From: Entomortierella parvispora E1425
Taxonomy: Eukaryota > Fungi > Mortierellomycota
DNA: 64,000 nt
Assembly: GCA_020891255.1 (NCBI GenBank)
Contig: BQFW01000002.1
Coordinates: 62,001 to 126,000 of the forward strand
Direction of reading: 5' to 3'
This document shows, piece after piece, positions 50,269-61,982 of the stretch. The translations under genes and the position numbers were made by a program. The stretch's first letter is position 1. Every line of letters starts with the position of its first letter. A model generated the notes under the pieces. The model was not told the DNA's origin, ran no database searches, and saw only the letters and a list, made by a program, of their open reading frames with translations.

Positions 50269-51333
50269 ATTTCCTTTTACGTGGGCTCGGCTTCAAGTCG
50301 TCTCGTCAGTCAGACTTCACACAACGCTGGAATAAAGACTATCGATATTCAGTGTTTTTTTGAAGGCTCCTACCTCGACCTCTCTGTTGCATGAGAGTCG
50401 ACTACAATGGGCTTGGCGAATACTTTGTTGGGTTGGGGTGTGTTTTGAACTGGATCCATGTTGGAATATCGGGATATACGTGACAAAGGACTTTGATTGA
50501 TGGACGAGAAGCCATTGAGTCTGTGCGACTCTTTTGAGTCTTTCCAGTCCATGATGACTTGGGCAGGGCTTTTTGATGCGAAGCACTCTCGAGTGAAAAT
50601 AGTTTATTCGTGTATGGTTTTTTTTTATGGGAAGGCTGTTGCTTGGCAACAAGACGGGCTGGTGCTGTTCAAGAGACCTTATTTTTTTTTTATATTTGTT
50701 CGAGAGGCAGAAGAGTGAACACCAATGTTGTTGGCGACGTTGATGCAGGGAGAATAAGGTATTGAGGGCCTACCTTGTGTACATCTGGGCAAAAGATATG
50801 GATCGCAAGCAATCCCAAAGATAGGGACTGGGCTTTGCTTTAAACAGGGACAGACACGTCTGGCAAAACAGAGAGATCCGGCTAGATTGATTGATTCATG
50901 TCTACATCGAGAGCACAGGGCAGCGCAGAGCAGTAGCTCAGAGGCTGCACAAAGAAACCTGTTTGGCCCGGATTTCTACCGGTGGGGTCGACAGAAATTA
51001 GAGACAGCCCAGGGCAGGAGGGTACTCAGGCAGACAGGGGTAGGGTTCTGCCAAGACGAGGAACAAAGAAAGGACGTTGGCGCCGCTGCTCGCTGGGTCG
51101 ATCGATCGACGCAAGGCCTTCAAAAGCACGTAGGGCACGCACTTTCAAGCGGTCGACCGGCGACTTTTTTACAAACAGCATAATTTGGCTTGGACACACA
51201 CCCTCGTTCTTCTCGCTCCCCTCTTTTTCTCTTTTTTCTTTCCTCATTCGATCCACTCCAATCCCATCCCCGTCTTGCTCATCACTCCCCCCTCTCCCCT
51301 CTCCCCCTCCTCCTTCATCAACTTTCCTCGGCA

Positions 51334-54300
51334 ATGCAGTCCACTGCTGCCATGGATGCCACTGCTGTAGACTCCGACATGGGAAGGGCACCCCCGACCA
51401 ACGTCGCTGTCAAGAGTTCTTCCGCCAACTTTTCTTATCGCAACGGGCTGGCCATTGGCTTTCGGCAGCTTTGGACCATGCTCAAGCGCAACACGACGCT
51501 TCAGGTGCGACAACGATTGATTTTGCTGCAATCCCCCAATGCACGACTCCCGGAACCTTTGCCCTGACAATTCCACGTTTTGTTTGTAAAAAAGATCCGC
51601 TATCGTAGATCGACTTTTGCCCAGGTCCTGCTTGGCCCTATTCTCTTCCTCTTCCTCCTCTGGATCCTTCAGAAGGCAGACACCGCGCAGCAGCTCAAGT
51701 CCAACTACCACCCTACCCCCTGGACCCTCCCCGGTATCGACATGTGTCAGGTAAATCAATTGATCTCACTGATTCCAGTCAGGAAACGTCCTCCTTTCAT
51801 TTGCTGACGTTATCTTCCAACCTCCGCCTGCAGGGTAGTACTCCCGGAGATCCCTGCATCAACATCATGTTCACGCCAGACACCCCTGAAGTTCGTCAGA
51901 TCCTCACCACTCTCAACGCCCGCAATCTCATTCGGGAACCAAAGGTCAACTTGGGCTTTGAGGATCAGTACACGGACGTGATGACGGTTCCTTCCACGAC
52001 TCTTGGTATGGTCCCTGTTGCCAGTTCTCAGTTCATCTACAACTACACGCTTCAAAACCCCAACACCACTCGTTTCGGTATCGAATTCTCCATTGTTGAT
52101 GGCCCACCCAAAAACTATGTCTACCAGACGTGGTTCAACTTTACCAACGCTGCCAATGGAACGGATCCCTTTGGAGACTCGCTCCTCTCTTTTACCCGAG
52201 CAGTGGATGAGGCCATTATGTTGAATGCCGATAGCAGCACGGCTGAATTGCAAACGACGTTGAAGGACTTTCCTTTGGTGCCACCCAGCCTCGCCAGCGA
52301 TGAAATTGTTTCAAGCTTGGGCGCCATGTTCTTCTTCTGCTCCATGATGGTCATCTTCATCTGCGTTTTGAACCAGATTGTGACAGAGAAGGAGCTGCAC
52401 TTGCGCCACAGTATGCAGATGATGGGTCTCAAGACTTTGGTGTACTGGTTCGCGTGGTGGTTGTCGAACGCGCTCCTGGTCTTTATCAGCTCGCTCGTCA
52501 TCTGCCTCTTCGGTATGGCTTTCGGCTTCACGATGTTCACGAACACAAACTTCATTGCCCTTGTCATCACGTTCTTCCTCTTTGGAATGTCGATGGTGAC
52601 AATGGCATTTTGGATCACGACTATGGTCAAGGCCAGTAGAACCGCCATCCTGATCGGAATCTTCTTGTTCATCATTGGTCTTCTCTTTGAGAGTATGGTC
52701 TTCTCCAACAGCTATGTCGGTTATATTTGGTACGACTCGGGCACGTCCGTCGTCGCCAAATACGTGTTGATGTTTATCCCATTCTTCAACTTTGGCAAGA
52801 TCTTCTTGGACATGTCACTCTATGCTTCGGGCCGTCTCGATACCCTCACATCGACCTATATCGCTGGACCTGGATTCCACTGGAATGATCTTTACGACAA
52901 GATCCCCGACGCATACACCCCCACGTACAATGCAGCCGGCACCCGTCACCCGAACGTTCCTCCCCCCATTCAGTCTTGGTACTTTATGTTGATGAACATT
53001 GGAGTGTTTGCTATTTTGACTCTTTATCTGGACCAAGTCGTCGCTGATGACTATGGCAACAAGCGACACCTTCTTTTCTTCCTCGACCCCTCTTTTTACG
53101 GCTGGAACATTCGCAAGAAGCTCTCGACACACGAGTGGATTGCGGCCCAGGAGGCCAACAAGACAAAGCGGGATGCCAAGATGAGGTCCATGACCAAGAA
53201 GAGAGACGATATTCCCGTGGAGGACGCCGATGACGACGATGTTATCGTGGAGAGGAGCATCGCTCTGAATGGCGACTTTGAGACCCAGGCTCGCATCTGC
53301 AACCTTCAAAAGGTCTTTAGAGAGTCTTCTTTCAGACAGAGTCCTCTGGACAAGATCGCTGTCAAGGATTTGTGTCTGACTCTTCAGGAGGGCAAGCTTT
53401 TGGCGTTGCTGGGACAGAACGGTGCTGGAAAGTCCACGACCATGAACATGCTCTCAGGATTGACCAAGTCTACTGGAGGCGACGCTTTGTTTTATGGACT
53501 CTCAATGAACTATGAGATGGCCGAGATCCGATCCATGATGGGTGTTTGCCCCCAGCACGACATTCTGTTTGATGACATGACGGCTGAAGAGCACATTCGA
53601 TTGTACGCCGGTCTCAAGAACGTGCCCAAGGAAGAAATCCCCGCCCTGACAGAGGAGAGATTGAAGGCGGTTCGACTCTGGAAGGTCAAGGACCGGTTCT
53701 CGCGCACTTACTCTGGAGGAATGAAACGTCGTCTCTCGATGGTCATCTCGACTTTGGGTGATCCCAAGATCATCTTTTTGGACGAGCCCACCACCGGCAT
53801 GGACCCGACCAACCGCCGCCACGTTTGGTCTTTTATCGAAAAGTTCAAGCAAGGACGTATCATCATTCTGACGACTCACTCTATGGAAGAAGCCGATATC
53901 TTGGGCGACCGAATCTGTGTCATGGCTCATGGACGTCTTCGTGCGATTGGAAACTCGATCCATTTGAAGAACAAGTTTGGAGCCGGTTACCGTATTTCCA
54001 TGATGACAGATCCCTCCAACACGGAAAGAGTCAAGGGTCTGATCGAGAGCATGGTCCCCGGTTGTATTCTCAAGGACGATTCCGCTGGCGCTTTGCTGTA
54101 TCAGTTCCCACCTACATCCATGGGCAGCATTCCTCGTTTGGTGCAGTGGCTTGAGGGCGTGGATGGTGGCTCAGGATCGCACAAGAACTCAAACACCAAC
54201 TCTGGTCAGAACACTGGTCAGAACACACCATTGCCAAGGACGGCCAACACGGACGACATCTCGGCTTCGTTGCAACAGAGCAGCTACTTGTCAACCCAGC

Positions 54301-54494
54301 CCCACTTCAACAACCATTCCTCCGATGCAGAGCCCCTGGTGCATGGATACGGTATCTCTCAGACATCGTTGGAGGAGGTGTTCTTGAAGCTGATTCGGGA
54401 TGCCAATCCCGATGGATACCAGGGCTATGAAGTTTCAAAGAACAATGAGAAGGACCAAGACGCGACCCTTCGTCAGCGCACCACCGCTGCGTAG
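51334..54494 (+). CDS. ABC transporter subfamily A, half-size (one TMD + one NBD); 3 exons
   Basis: ABCA-type N-terminus (QLWTMLKRNTTLQ), IVTEKELHLRHSMQMMGL, Walker A GQNGAGKST, GVCPQHDILF, signature YSGGMKRRLS, LDEPTTGMDP, LTTHSMEEAD and SLEEVFL. Stop at 54494 after a single NBD. Confidence 0.92.
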
Positions 54495-54690
54495 ACCGCC
54501 ACAAAAGAAAAGGAGATGGTCTGAAGAAGGCGCCTGTTTCTTTCCCTTTCATCAGCGAATGCTACATCGATCGATTCTTCTTCTCTATTTTTTTTGGTAT
54601 TTTAATGTCATACACCGATACACACACACTCTCACATTCTATAAAACTCATTTCCTCACAGTCTATGCTGTATGCAGAATCATGTTTTTT

Positions 54691-56637
54691 TCAGCACAAA
54701 TAGGACGCTGTCATGGCAACAGCGCCAAGGAGAATCAGGGACCAAGATCCCGAAAGTAGTGTTTGAGCAGAGTTCACAGAACTTGTCATCGCTTCTGTCT
54801 TGACAGCAACGTTGACCTGTTCATGACCCACATCCTCGGGCCCCATCGATCTCTTTGCGACAACATTGGTCAATTGACCGGGCACATCCCGAGCGCGTCC
54901 ATAGATCCAGGGCTTGATACCGATCCGAATGCCGCGGATGGATCCACTGATACTACCATGGAAATCGCCAATGGTATAACCCAAGACCTTGCCCTCTCTG
55001 TAATAGGATCGATCAAGGGTCAGATCCCATTCAGCATCTCTGGCAATGAACTTTTCATAAGCATCTATTTTTCCGAAAAGGGCCTTGGGTGTAAAGAGTT
55101 GCGTGACAGTCTTGTACAGGATCTGTTCAAACTTGGCCTGGATATCCCTGTTGAGGAGGATGAGTTTCGAAACCAGGGGATGGTCATGTTTGGTCATGTT
55201 GGCGTAGAACTGATAGGTGGTTTGGTACAAGGCGGGATCTCCATCTCCAAAGGTCGAGTCAAAGTCGGTAGGGATCCATTGCCATTTACCGCCCTCGGCA
55301 CCGCCCTTAATGGTGGGGTTGAAGTACATAAAGTAGTTGGATCCATCCCACCAGTAACCGTCCCAGGAAGCACCCAAGAACTCGATGGCCATGCAAAGCA
55401 AAAACTCGTCCAGGTCCAAATACTGGTTCCAGAACGCGATGGCACCTGGTTGTTTGGGATCAAAGTCGTGAAGTCTCTTGATGAACTGGATCAGCTGGGT
55501 CATGGGTGCATCCTTGGGGTTGTCGCCCACGACGTGGTTGGAGAAGGTGGCGGGAGGGTAATCCTCTGCCCTGGGTCCATAGTACTGTAAATCAGCCTCC
55601 AAAGGAATCGCAGGTGCCGCCATCTGGTACAATGATCCCAGCTTGATCTTTTCCTCATCTCCTTCATTGTCGTCATGGTCCTCGTTTTGGGCCTTGTGAG
55701 AAATCTCATGATGGACATTGTAACGCAAGAAGGGTTTGCCGATGTCATCAATCATCAAGTAGAATCCCCAGGGACGGTTGTTGATAAACAGCCTCACCCA
55801 AGCACCTTGAGCTGAATGAATACCCGCAGCGTTCAGCACGTCAAAATACAATTTTTCTCTCATATACGTCGGGTCGTAGTTTTGAGCCCTTAGTTTGACA
55901 CTGGGCCGGCCAAAGAACTTTTGACCCTTTTTCTTGTCAAACTTGAACTTGAACGCCAACTTTTTGAACCCACGGGAACTCTTGCCCGCCAACTTCAAGG
56001 TCACGCCCTGGACCCTGTAGGTGAAATCCGCGTTCAAGTAAAAGAAATTAGCGCTGACCTGCTCATCATTCTGTCGAGGGTTGGTGACCATGGACGCGAA
56101 TTTTTCTTCAGAGACTTGGACATGGATCGTAGCGATTTGGGTGTCGTCAAAGACGAGGGAGGGTTCGGGTCGGACGTCGGGACCGACTTGAGGCACTTTG
56201 GGGAAAACAGCCTTTGTGATCTCTCGGTCAAAGAACTCGTTCAGTGTCTCGGTCGCAGACTCGGAGACGGATCGCTCAAACGCTTCAGACTTGACGATTG
56301 TGCCCTCGGCAGTGATTTGGACGTATTTGTAGTGGGTACCACTGGAGGCGGTTGCGACAGTGCCCGTCCAGAGAGGGAACGTATCCACGTCGGTGTGCAA
56401 CTCTGTGAGTTGACCGCTGATGGACACGGCCATCTTGGAGACGTTGTCTTCAGGGTATGCAATGACCTTGAAAGTGACTAGAAGATGTCATGAAGATGAA
56501 AAGGAACGTTCTTTGGATGAGTTTGTTGGTTCTCCCTAGAGCGCGAGTCTCGGATGGATGCTGTGCTTACCCTCGGCAAAAGTAACGCCAGCCGCGGCCA
56601 GAATCGCCACAGTGGAGGCAATTCCTTGAAGCCGCAT
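54691..56637 (-). CDS. cotH: CotH-family atypical kinase / spore-coat protein with signal peptide and probable GPI signal; 2 exons
   Basis: Exon 1 is MRLQGIASTVAILAAAGVTFA (signal peptide). Kinase motifs GKSSRGFKKLAFK, DPTYMREKL, VRLFINNRPWGFYLMIDD, WDGYWWDGSNYFMY and WIPTDFDSTFG. Hydrophobic C-terminus after NSAQ. Confidence 0.9.
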
Positions 56638-57591
56638 TGCAACGAGATTGGGGTATATATGGAGAGATTAAAAAAACTAAATGTCAACCGAAGACTTTGC
56701 GACGCAAAGCGAAAAAGGCACAAAAAACACGCGGGAACCACAAAAAAAAAAAAAAAAAAAAAAATAAGATATTACAAGATGAAAAAGATGATGAGTGTTT
56801 TGAAAGCTTTTTCGACTGGGCAACTGCTGCTGTTGCTTTATAAGAGGTTCCTACCGACAGTGACAAGATTGACCACATGGACAAACAGCTCAGATCTGGT
56901 CAGCTCCTGCCCGACCTAGTTGTTTTGTTCTCTCAGTGAAACAGCAAGGGGAATGGAAGAAACGGAGATGGGCACTGGTACAAAAATGGACCCATTGGGG
57001 CCAACGACAGCAACAGCGCTATCTTTCTAGCACTACAGCATCCAAACCATCACAGGAAACGCGGGGGTTCCTAGCCTTTTCTTCTTCTTTGCTCGTTAAA
57101 GCACTAGGTTCCTTTCTTTTCAAAAGGCATTTTCTGCAGCTTTTCTGGCTCTATCTTTTTCGCGCTTTCCCTTCTAACAGATAAGAAGGACCCTCTCTTG
57201 ATCAGGGAGGGAGGCGCACAGGAACAACTCTTCCTTTTTTCATTCTATCCTTTCATGATCTGATCCTCGGATTGTGCGACAGAGAGAACCGCGTTAGGCT
57301 AATCCAACGAGCACGCGCGCAACTTGGGCATTCAATGACCGGTGGGATCTCGTAGACACGTTTCGAAGTTGCCAATGGTGTTCCATCCTTGGTAGCCATG
57401 CATGAGATCTAGCCGAGGTTTTAGTCGCAACCGCCCAGCAACCAGCAGTATGAGAGGACTCAGGAGAGACGGAGAAGGTAGACTGGTAGCACCGGATATA
57501 TTGAGCACGGAGTCAGGGAGAACGAGCAGAAGGATGCACGAGGAAAGAGTAAGAGAGAGTTCGTTGGACAAAGGTTTGCTTTATTTCTTTT

Positions 57592-58818
57592 CTATGTTGT
57601 GAGGCAGTCGATCCGTGAACGAGCATCGGCCGGTGTCAAGAACGAGTCGACAATGGCAAAAGTAATTGGACTAAACATCAAATTCCAATGGCGTGCCACC
57701 CAATTGACCGAGTCTGGACAGATATCCTCCATGACCACATGCTTGACCTGATTGTTCATCAGATACCCAGATGTGTAAGGGGTCACGACCTCATCGTGGC
57801 TCGTCATCACCATCAGATACTGGGTCGTTGAGGCGGAGGGTGGCGGTATTGGGAGCCTGCTCTTCCTCGGGGGCAACGGGATCACACTTCCATTTTTGTG
57901 CAGCTCTGCCAAAAAGTCGGATCCTGCCACGACTTGAGTGCATGCCTCACAAAACTGTTCCACAAGGACTGCCAGAGTGTTGTAAAAGTTGAGGCCCTTG
58001 AGAATGGTGATGATGCCATTGAACGTCGTGCCCCCGTACAGGGGTCCAATGCCAACTACAGAGCGGACCTTGGGTTGACCTCCAAGATACTTTAGATACC
58101 ACCTACCCACAAAAGTGAACAACTCTATCCAATCACGCAATCGCTTCAGTCATGTAGAAACTTGCATTATCACCAAGGCTCCTTCGTCATGCCCGAGAAT
58201 ATCGACCAAGGTAGCCCCACTTGCAGCCAAGACCTTGTCGACGAACAAGGACAGCTCCTTGCCGGATTCACGAATGTCCTTCATACCCGTGAGTGTATCC
58301 ATGAATCCAAGACCGTATTCAAGCTAGAAGTAAAAAAAAATAAATAGCCATCATAGTTCAGGGTCATTACAGCCCATTCCGTCATTTCGGGTTCACTTGT
58401 TTCTCTTGATCCTTCATTCCTTGGTTTTCCATACCTGATAAACGCAATATCCGGCCTCTTGTGATCGTTGCGCCATATATCGCATTCTACCCATTCCCGT
58501 TGGAGACAACAAGTGTCAGTGGTGGCCCCATGTATCAGACACTAAAACCGCCACGGGCCCGCATTACATCATTTACATCAGCGGCCCCGGTGAAAGTAGC
58601 CCCGGAAGAAGAATCAACGGGTATGGATGATGTTCCGTCGGTCTGCACTGCCAGTCGGCAGTTTCGTACGTCCTTGACGGCATCGAATTCCCTGACAGAG
58701 TTTGCGCGACAAGAACTGAACCTGATTGCCTCTCGTCATCTATGGCCAACGGTGCTGCCAGTGCCTGAGAGGCAATGGTCATCAAGAGAAAAGCTTTGGA
58801 AAGAACAGAGGATCGCAT
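57592..58818 (-). CDS. Secreted alpha/beta-hydrolase of lipase class 2 (EstA/Streptomyces-type) fold with Asp at the nucleophile position; 4 exons
   Basis: Model: exons 58818-58577, 58486-58435, 58323-58166 and 58102-57592. Translation includes a signal peptide, DWQCRPTEHHPYPLILLPG, GYCVYQLEYG, ESGKELSLFVDKVLAASGATLVDILGHDEG, WYLKYLGG, GIGPLYGGT, SHDEVVTPY, EDICP and ARHWNLMFSP. Confidence 0.8.
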
Positions 58819-59059
58819 GACAAAGAGAAGGGTCAAGTAGGGTGGAGGAAGTGGGGAAAAAAAAGTAACAGAGTTCAAGCATACATCGCCGCTCCAAGAG
58901 CAAGAAAACAAACACGTTCTCACGGAAGAAATGGAATCGACGTTGAAATGGTCCCCTTTTACGTGTATTGGTGCATTAGGGTGTATTGATATTGAAGAAA
59001 AAAGATATTTACAAGGGTTTTGCATAGACTAGGAAATAAACAGCGACAAATGGTCAAGT

Positions 59060-60766
59060 CTAGAGGCGAAGGTATTGATTCTGTTGGTGATAATGACCAT
59101 GTCGGGGGTACATCCATCCTCCTGCCCGTCCAATGGCTGCTGCCTCGTCCATCTCGAGCTGCTTCCAGATATTGCGGACTTGGATGACTCCATAACGATC
59201 CATCCACTGCCAATGCTTGATCATCTCTTCCACGCGCCAGACCCAAATTGTGAACCAGACCATTCCATAGACTGCGCCGATAGCAGCACCAACCAACACT
59301 TGACTCACAGAATGGCGTCCCAATCGGATACGGGACCAGACCACAGACCAAGCATAGAGCTGCAACAACAAAATCAAGAACCACTGTCCTGCAGAGCCTT
59401 CTGGTTCCATCAGCACCAGCTGGAGAGAAATGTAGCAGACAAAGAAGGCCACCAACTGAGCGTGGCTACTTGGCATGCCATAGTCTATACGCAGGTTGAG
59501 CCGGCGCCGCCTTTGCTTCCTGAGGCGCTGGTGCGCCATTCTGACCTTTGGCTCGTTCGATGCGTTCACTTGCTCCTGTTGAAGTCCTGTAGCTGGAGCG
59601 AGGCTTAGTGTGGGCGAGATGGGTCTAGGAATGGGATCCATGGTTGTGGTCTTGGTATATTGCTCCACCGTCGTAGTCGATGAAGCTGCTTGCATGGCGT
59701 TTGGTGTAATGTGGTCTGTAGCATGTCCGTATGTATCTGTCGAGTCCATGTATTCGTCAAGAGACAGATCAGTAGGCTGTGGTGGTCTTGGCTGACGGAT
59801 GGTATGCTTCAGGCACTTTGCTATGAACATCAAGATGATATAAGCATTTCGCTGGGTTAGAAGAGTGGATCACCTAAGAATGGCTGAGTTTCGATCTGCA
59901 TTCCCTGACCCGCATCCCGCCTGTCGAGCGGCAAAGTGTGGGATGTGGAACCTGAATCCCAGTATCCAGACAGGTCATCCCGTAACCAGTCCAACGCCAC
60001 GACGGGACCTTTTGATCCTTATCCATGAACAACGATGGTCCGCCTTTACACTCCGCCGGGCGTAATTGATCGGCAGCAGCCCTGAAACGAGCAACCATGT
60101 GCCAAACGGTGCTCTTTTCTTGCAGGGCTTTTCTGCTTCCCAGGCGTTTTTTTTTTCTTTTCCTTTCCAGTCTTCCAAGAGTCGACGTCCTCCCGACCTC
60201 GGATGTGTTGTTCTGCCGACCAGTGTTGGCTGTTGCGTTGCGGCGCTTTTCCTTCTGCTCACTCCCACCTTGTGGTCACACCAGTGCGTGGTCCGTGATT
60301 GAGGAGGGGGCGTGTGTACAACCAATAAGGGTTCTGCATGAACAAAGCGCTCCTTTCCTGTTTTCCTGTCTTCGTTTTATCCGAGCTTTGGCGCAGAGCA
60401 CAGGGCACCGAGAGAGAGGGACAGAAACAGAGACTCACCAAGAACAGCGCACGAGAGTGCTCCCGTGCCAAAGAACAGACAGTGCAGCGTCCGGAGGTAT
60501 ATAATGGCAATAAAAGTACAGGTCGAGGCGATGTAGCGAGTGCGCTCAAAGGACGGTGACCGTGAGAACGACAGAGACTGGTACATGGATATTGAGAGCG
60601 CACTGAGCAAGGACCATGGTTGCTGACCACGGCCCTGAGGCACCGTTGCTGCCGGCTCTTGAGTCTGAGCAGGCGCCTGCGCATGAGGAGACGAAGGGGA
60701 AGAGGAAGAGGAAGCGGAGGAAGGAGCTCCTTGGCTGGGCCAAGCCGTGGCTTGGACTGCACTCAT
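59060..60766 (-). CDS. PAP2-family phosphatase, dolichyldiphosphatase (CAX4/DOLPP1)-like; 2 exons
   Basis: Exon 1 ends LHCLFFGTGALSCAVL|gtgagt and joins AKCLKHTIRQPRP (C1). C2 is YGMPSSHAQ and C3 is SRIRLGRHSVSQV. The intron is ~600 nt (59827-60430). Confidence 0.8.
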
Positions 60767-61299
60767 GGAGGAAAGGAAATGCTGCGATGGAGAGAGAGTG
60801 GAGAAGAGCCAAGGACGGGGAGAACGAGTGCGGTTGAAGGGATGAAGGGATGAAGGGGAAGAGAGGGGCAAGATGTCTAGAGATGTTGAAAAGAAGTGCA
60901 GCACGAGGACAGAAACAGAACAGGTTCTTCTCTGGGGAAACTCTTTTCCCCTTATGTCATGGTCATGGAGCGAATCATGAAAACAGGCATGTGACAGGAA
61001 GAAATGCAGTCGCACGCGTTGCGCAATACGTGTGTGTCCATGCCACGCTTGCTTGCAGGCTGCAGGCTGAATGCATGCATCACCTTGTCCTGATCACTGC
61101 CATCCACCGCCCCTGACCTCTGGACTGGACCCACCGCTCTGTTCTTGCGACCCACACCAACTCAAAGGACGGTCGCCGCCTCACGCACTCCTAAATCAAT
61201 CCTTCTCCTTCCTGCCAAAAGGTGGGTGCTCATGCTTTCCTCACTTGCATGCAAATGCGTAAATGCGTCTTCACAATATCCACGACAGGTAGCTTCTGC

Positions 61300-61855
61300 C
61301 TCATGCCATGCCCCCAGGCCAGGCAACCGGCTTAGGCAGAAGAGCCTCGCAAGACCATTCCAGCGCGATTTACGGCACCATGACGTTAGAGTCTGGCTTG
61401 CTATTGCAGCGTCTGGTGGTCACCCTACTGCAAAGGATGGGGATACTTGTATCCTTTACCTGAGCTACCCATGTACCCTTCCGTTCCCGCTGCACTTGGC
61501 CCAGCATGGGAATAGGGTACTTGGTTGTTCTTCAACATGAACAAGGGGTGCTATCGTCTTGTCTTGGATAGATGCTGTGACATCATGGACTCTTGTTCTC
61601 TATGCCTTTGGTCCGGCATTTAAAAGAAGCAGGGCAAGTCCTGAAGGCCATTCCAGCGCGATTTACGGCATTGTGATCTGAGAGTCAGCTTTGCTATTGC
61701 AGCGTCTGGTCGTCATCCTCTTGCAGGGGAAGGATGTTTCACCATCCATGACCCAAGCAAGCCAAGGTACTCTTCTTTCAGGCGCTGTTGACACTGCGTC
61801 GGGAACAGAGTGCTTGGTTGTTCTTCAACATGAACAAGGGATGCTATCGCACTTC
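61300..61855. repeat. Diverged direct tandem duplication, period ~293 bp
   Basis: CCATTCCAGCGCGATTTACGGCA occurs at 61355 and 61648. TTGCTATTGCAGCGTCTGGT and CTTGGTTGTTCTTCAACATGAACAAGGG..GCTATCG are shared by both copies. Confidence 0.85.
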
Positions 61856-61982
61856 TTCAGTCAGTGAACCGCACGTTTCCATCTTTCCACTTCAATGGCA
61901 ATGGCTATGAAGAACATGTTGAAGGCGGGATTGACCCTTCCTTTTACTCTCTCATTGCCGCAATTTTTCACCTTTTGATAGG

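Noticed and set aside
54763-55590. 275-aa ORF on the + strand (and similar long antisense ORFs over MSH3, the acyltransferase, COP1, NFS1 and the AAA_33 gene)
   Set aside because: Antisense shadows of GC3-rich coding genes with no independent motifs.
61300-61855. Interpretation of the direct repeat as a pair of LTRs
   Set aside because: Copies are adjacent with no internal gag/pol, TG..CA ends, PBS/PPT or target-site duplication seen.
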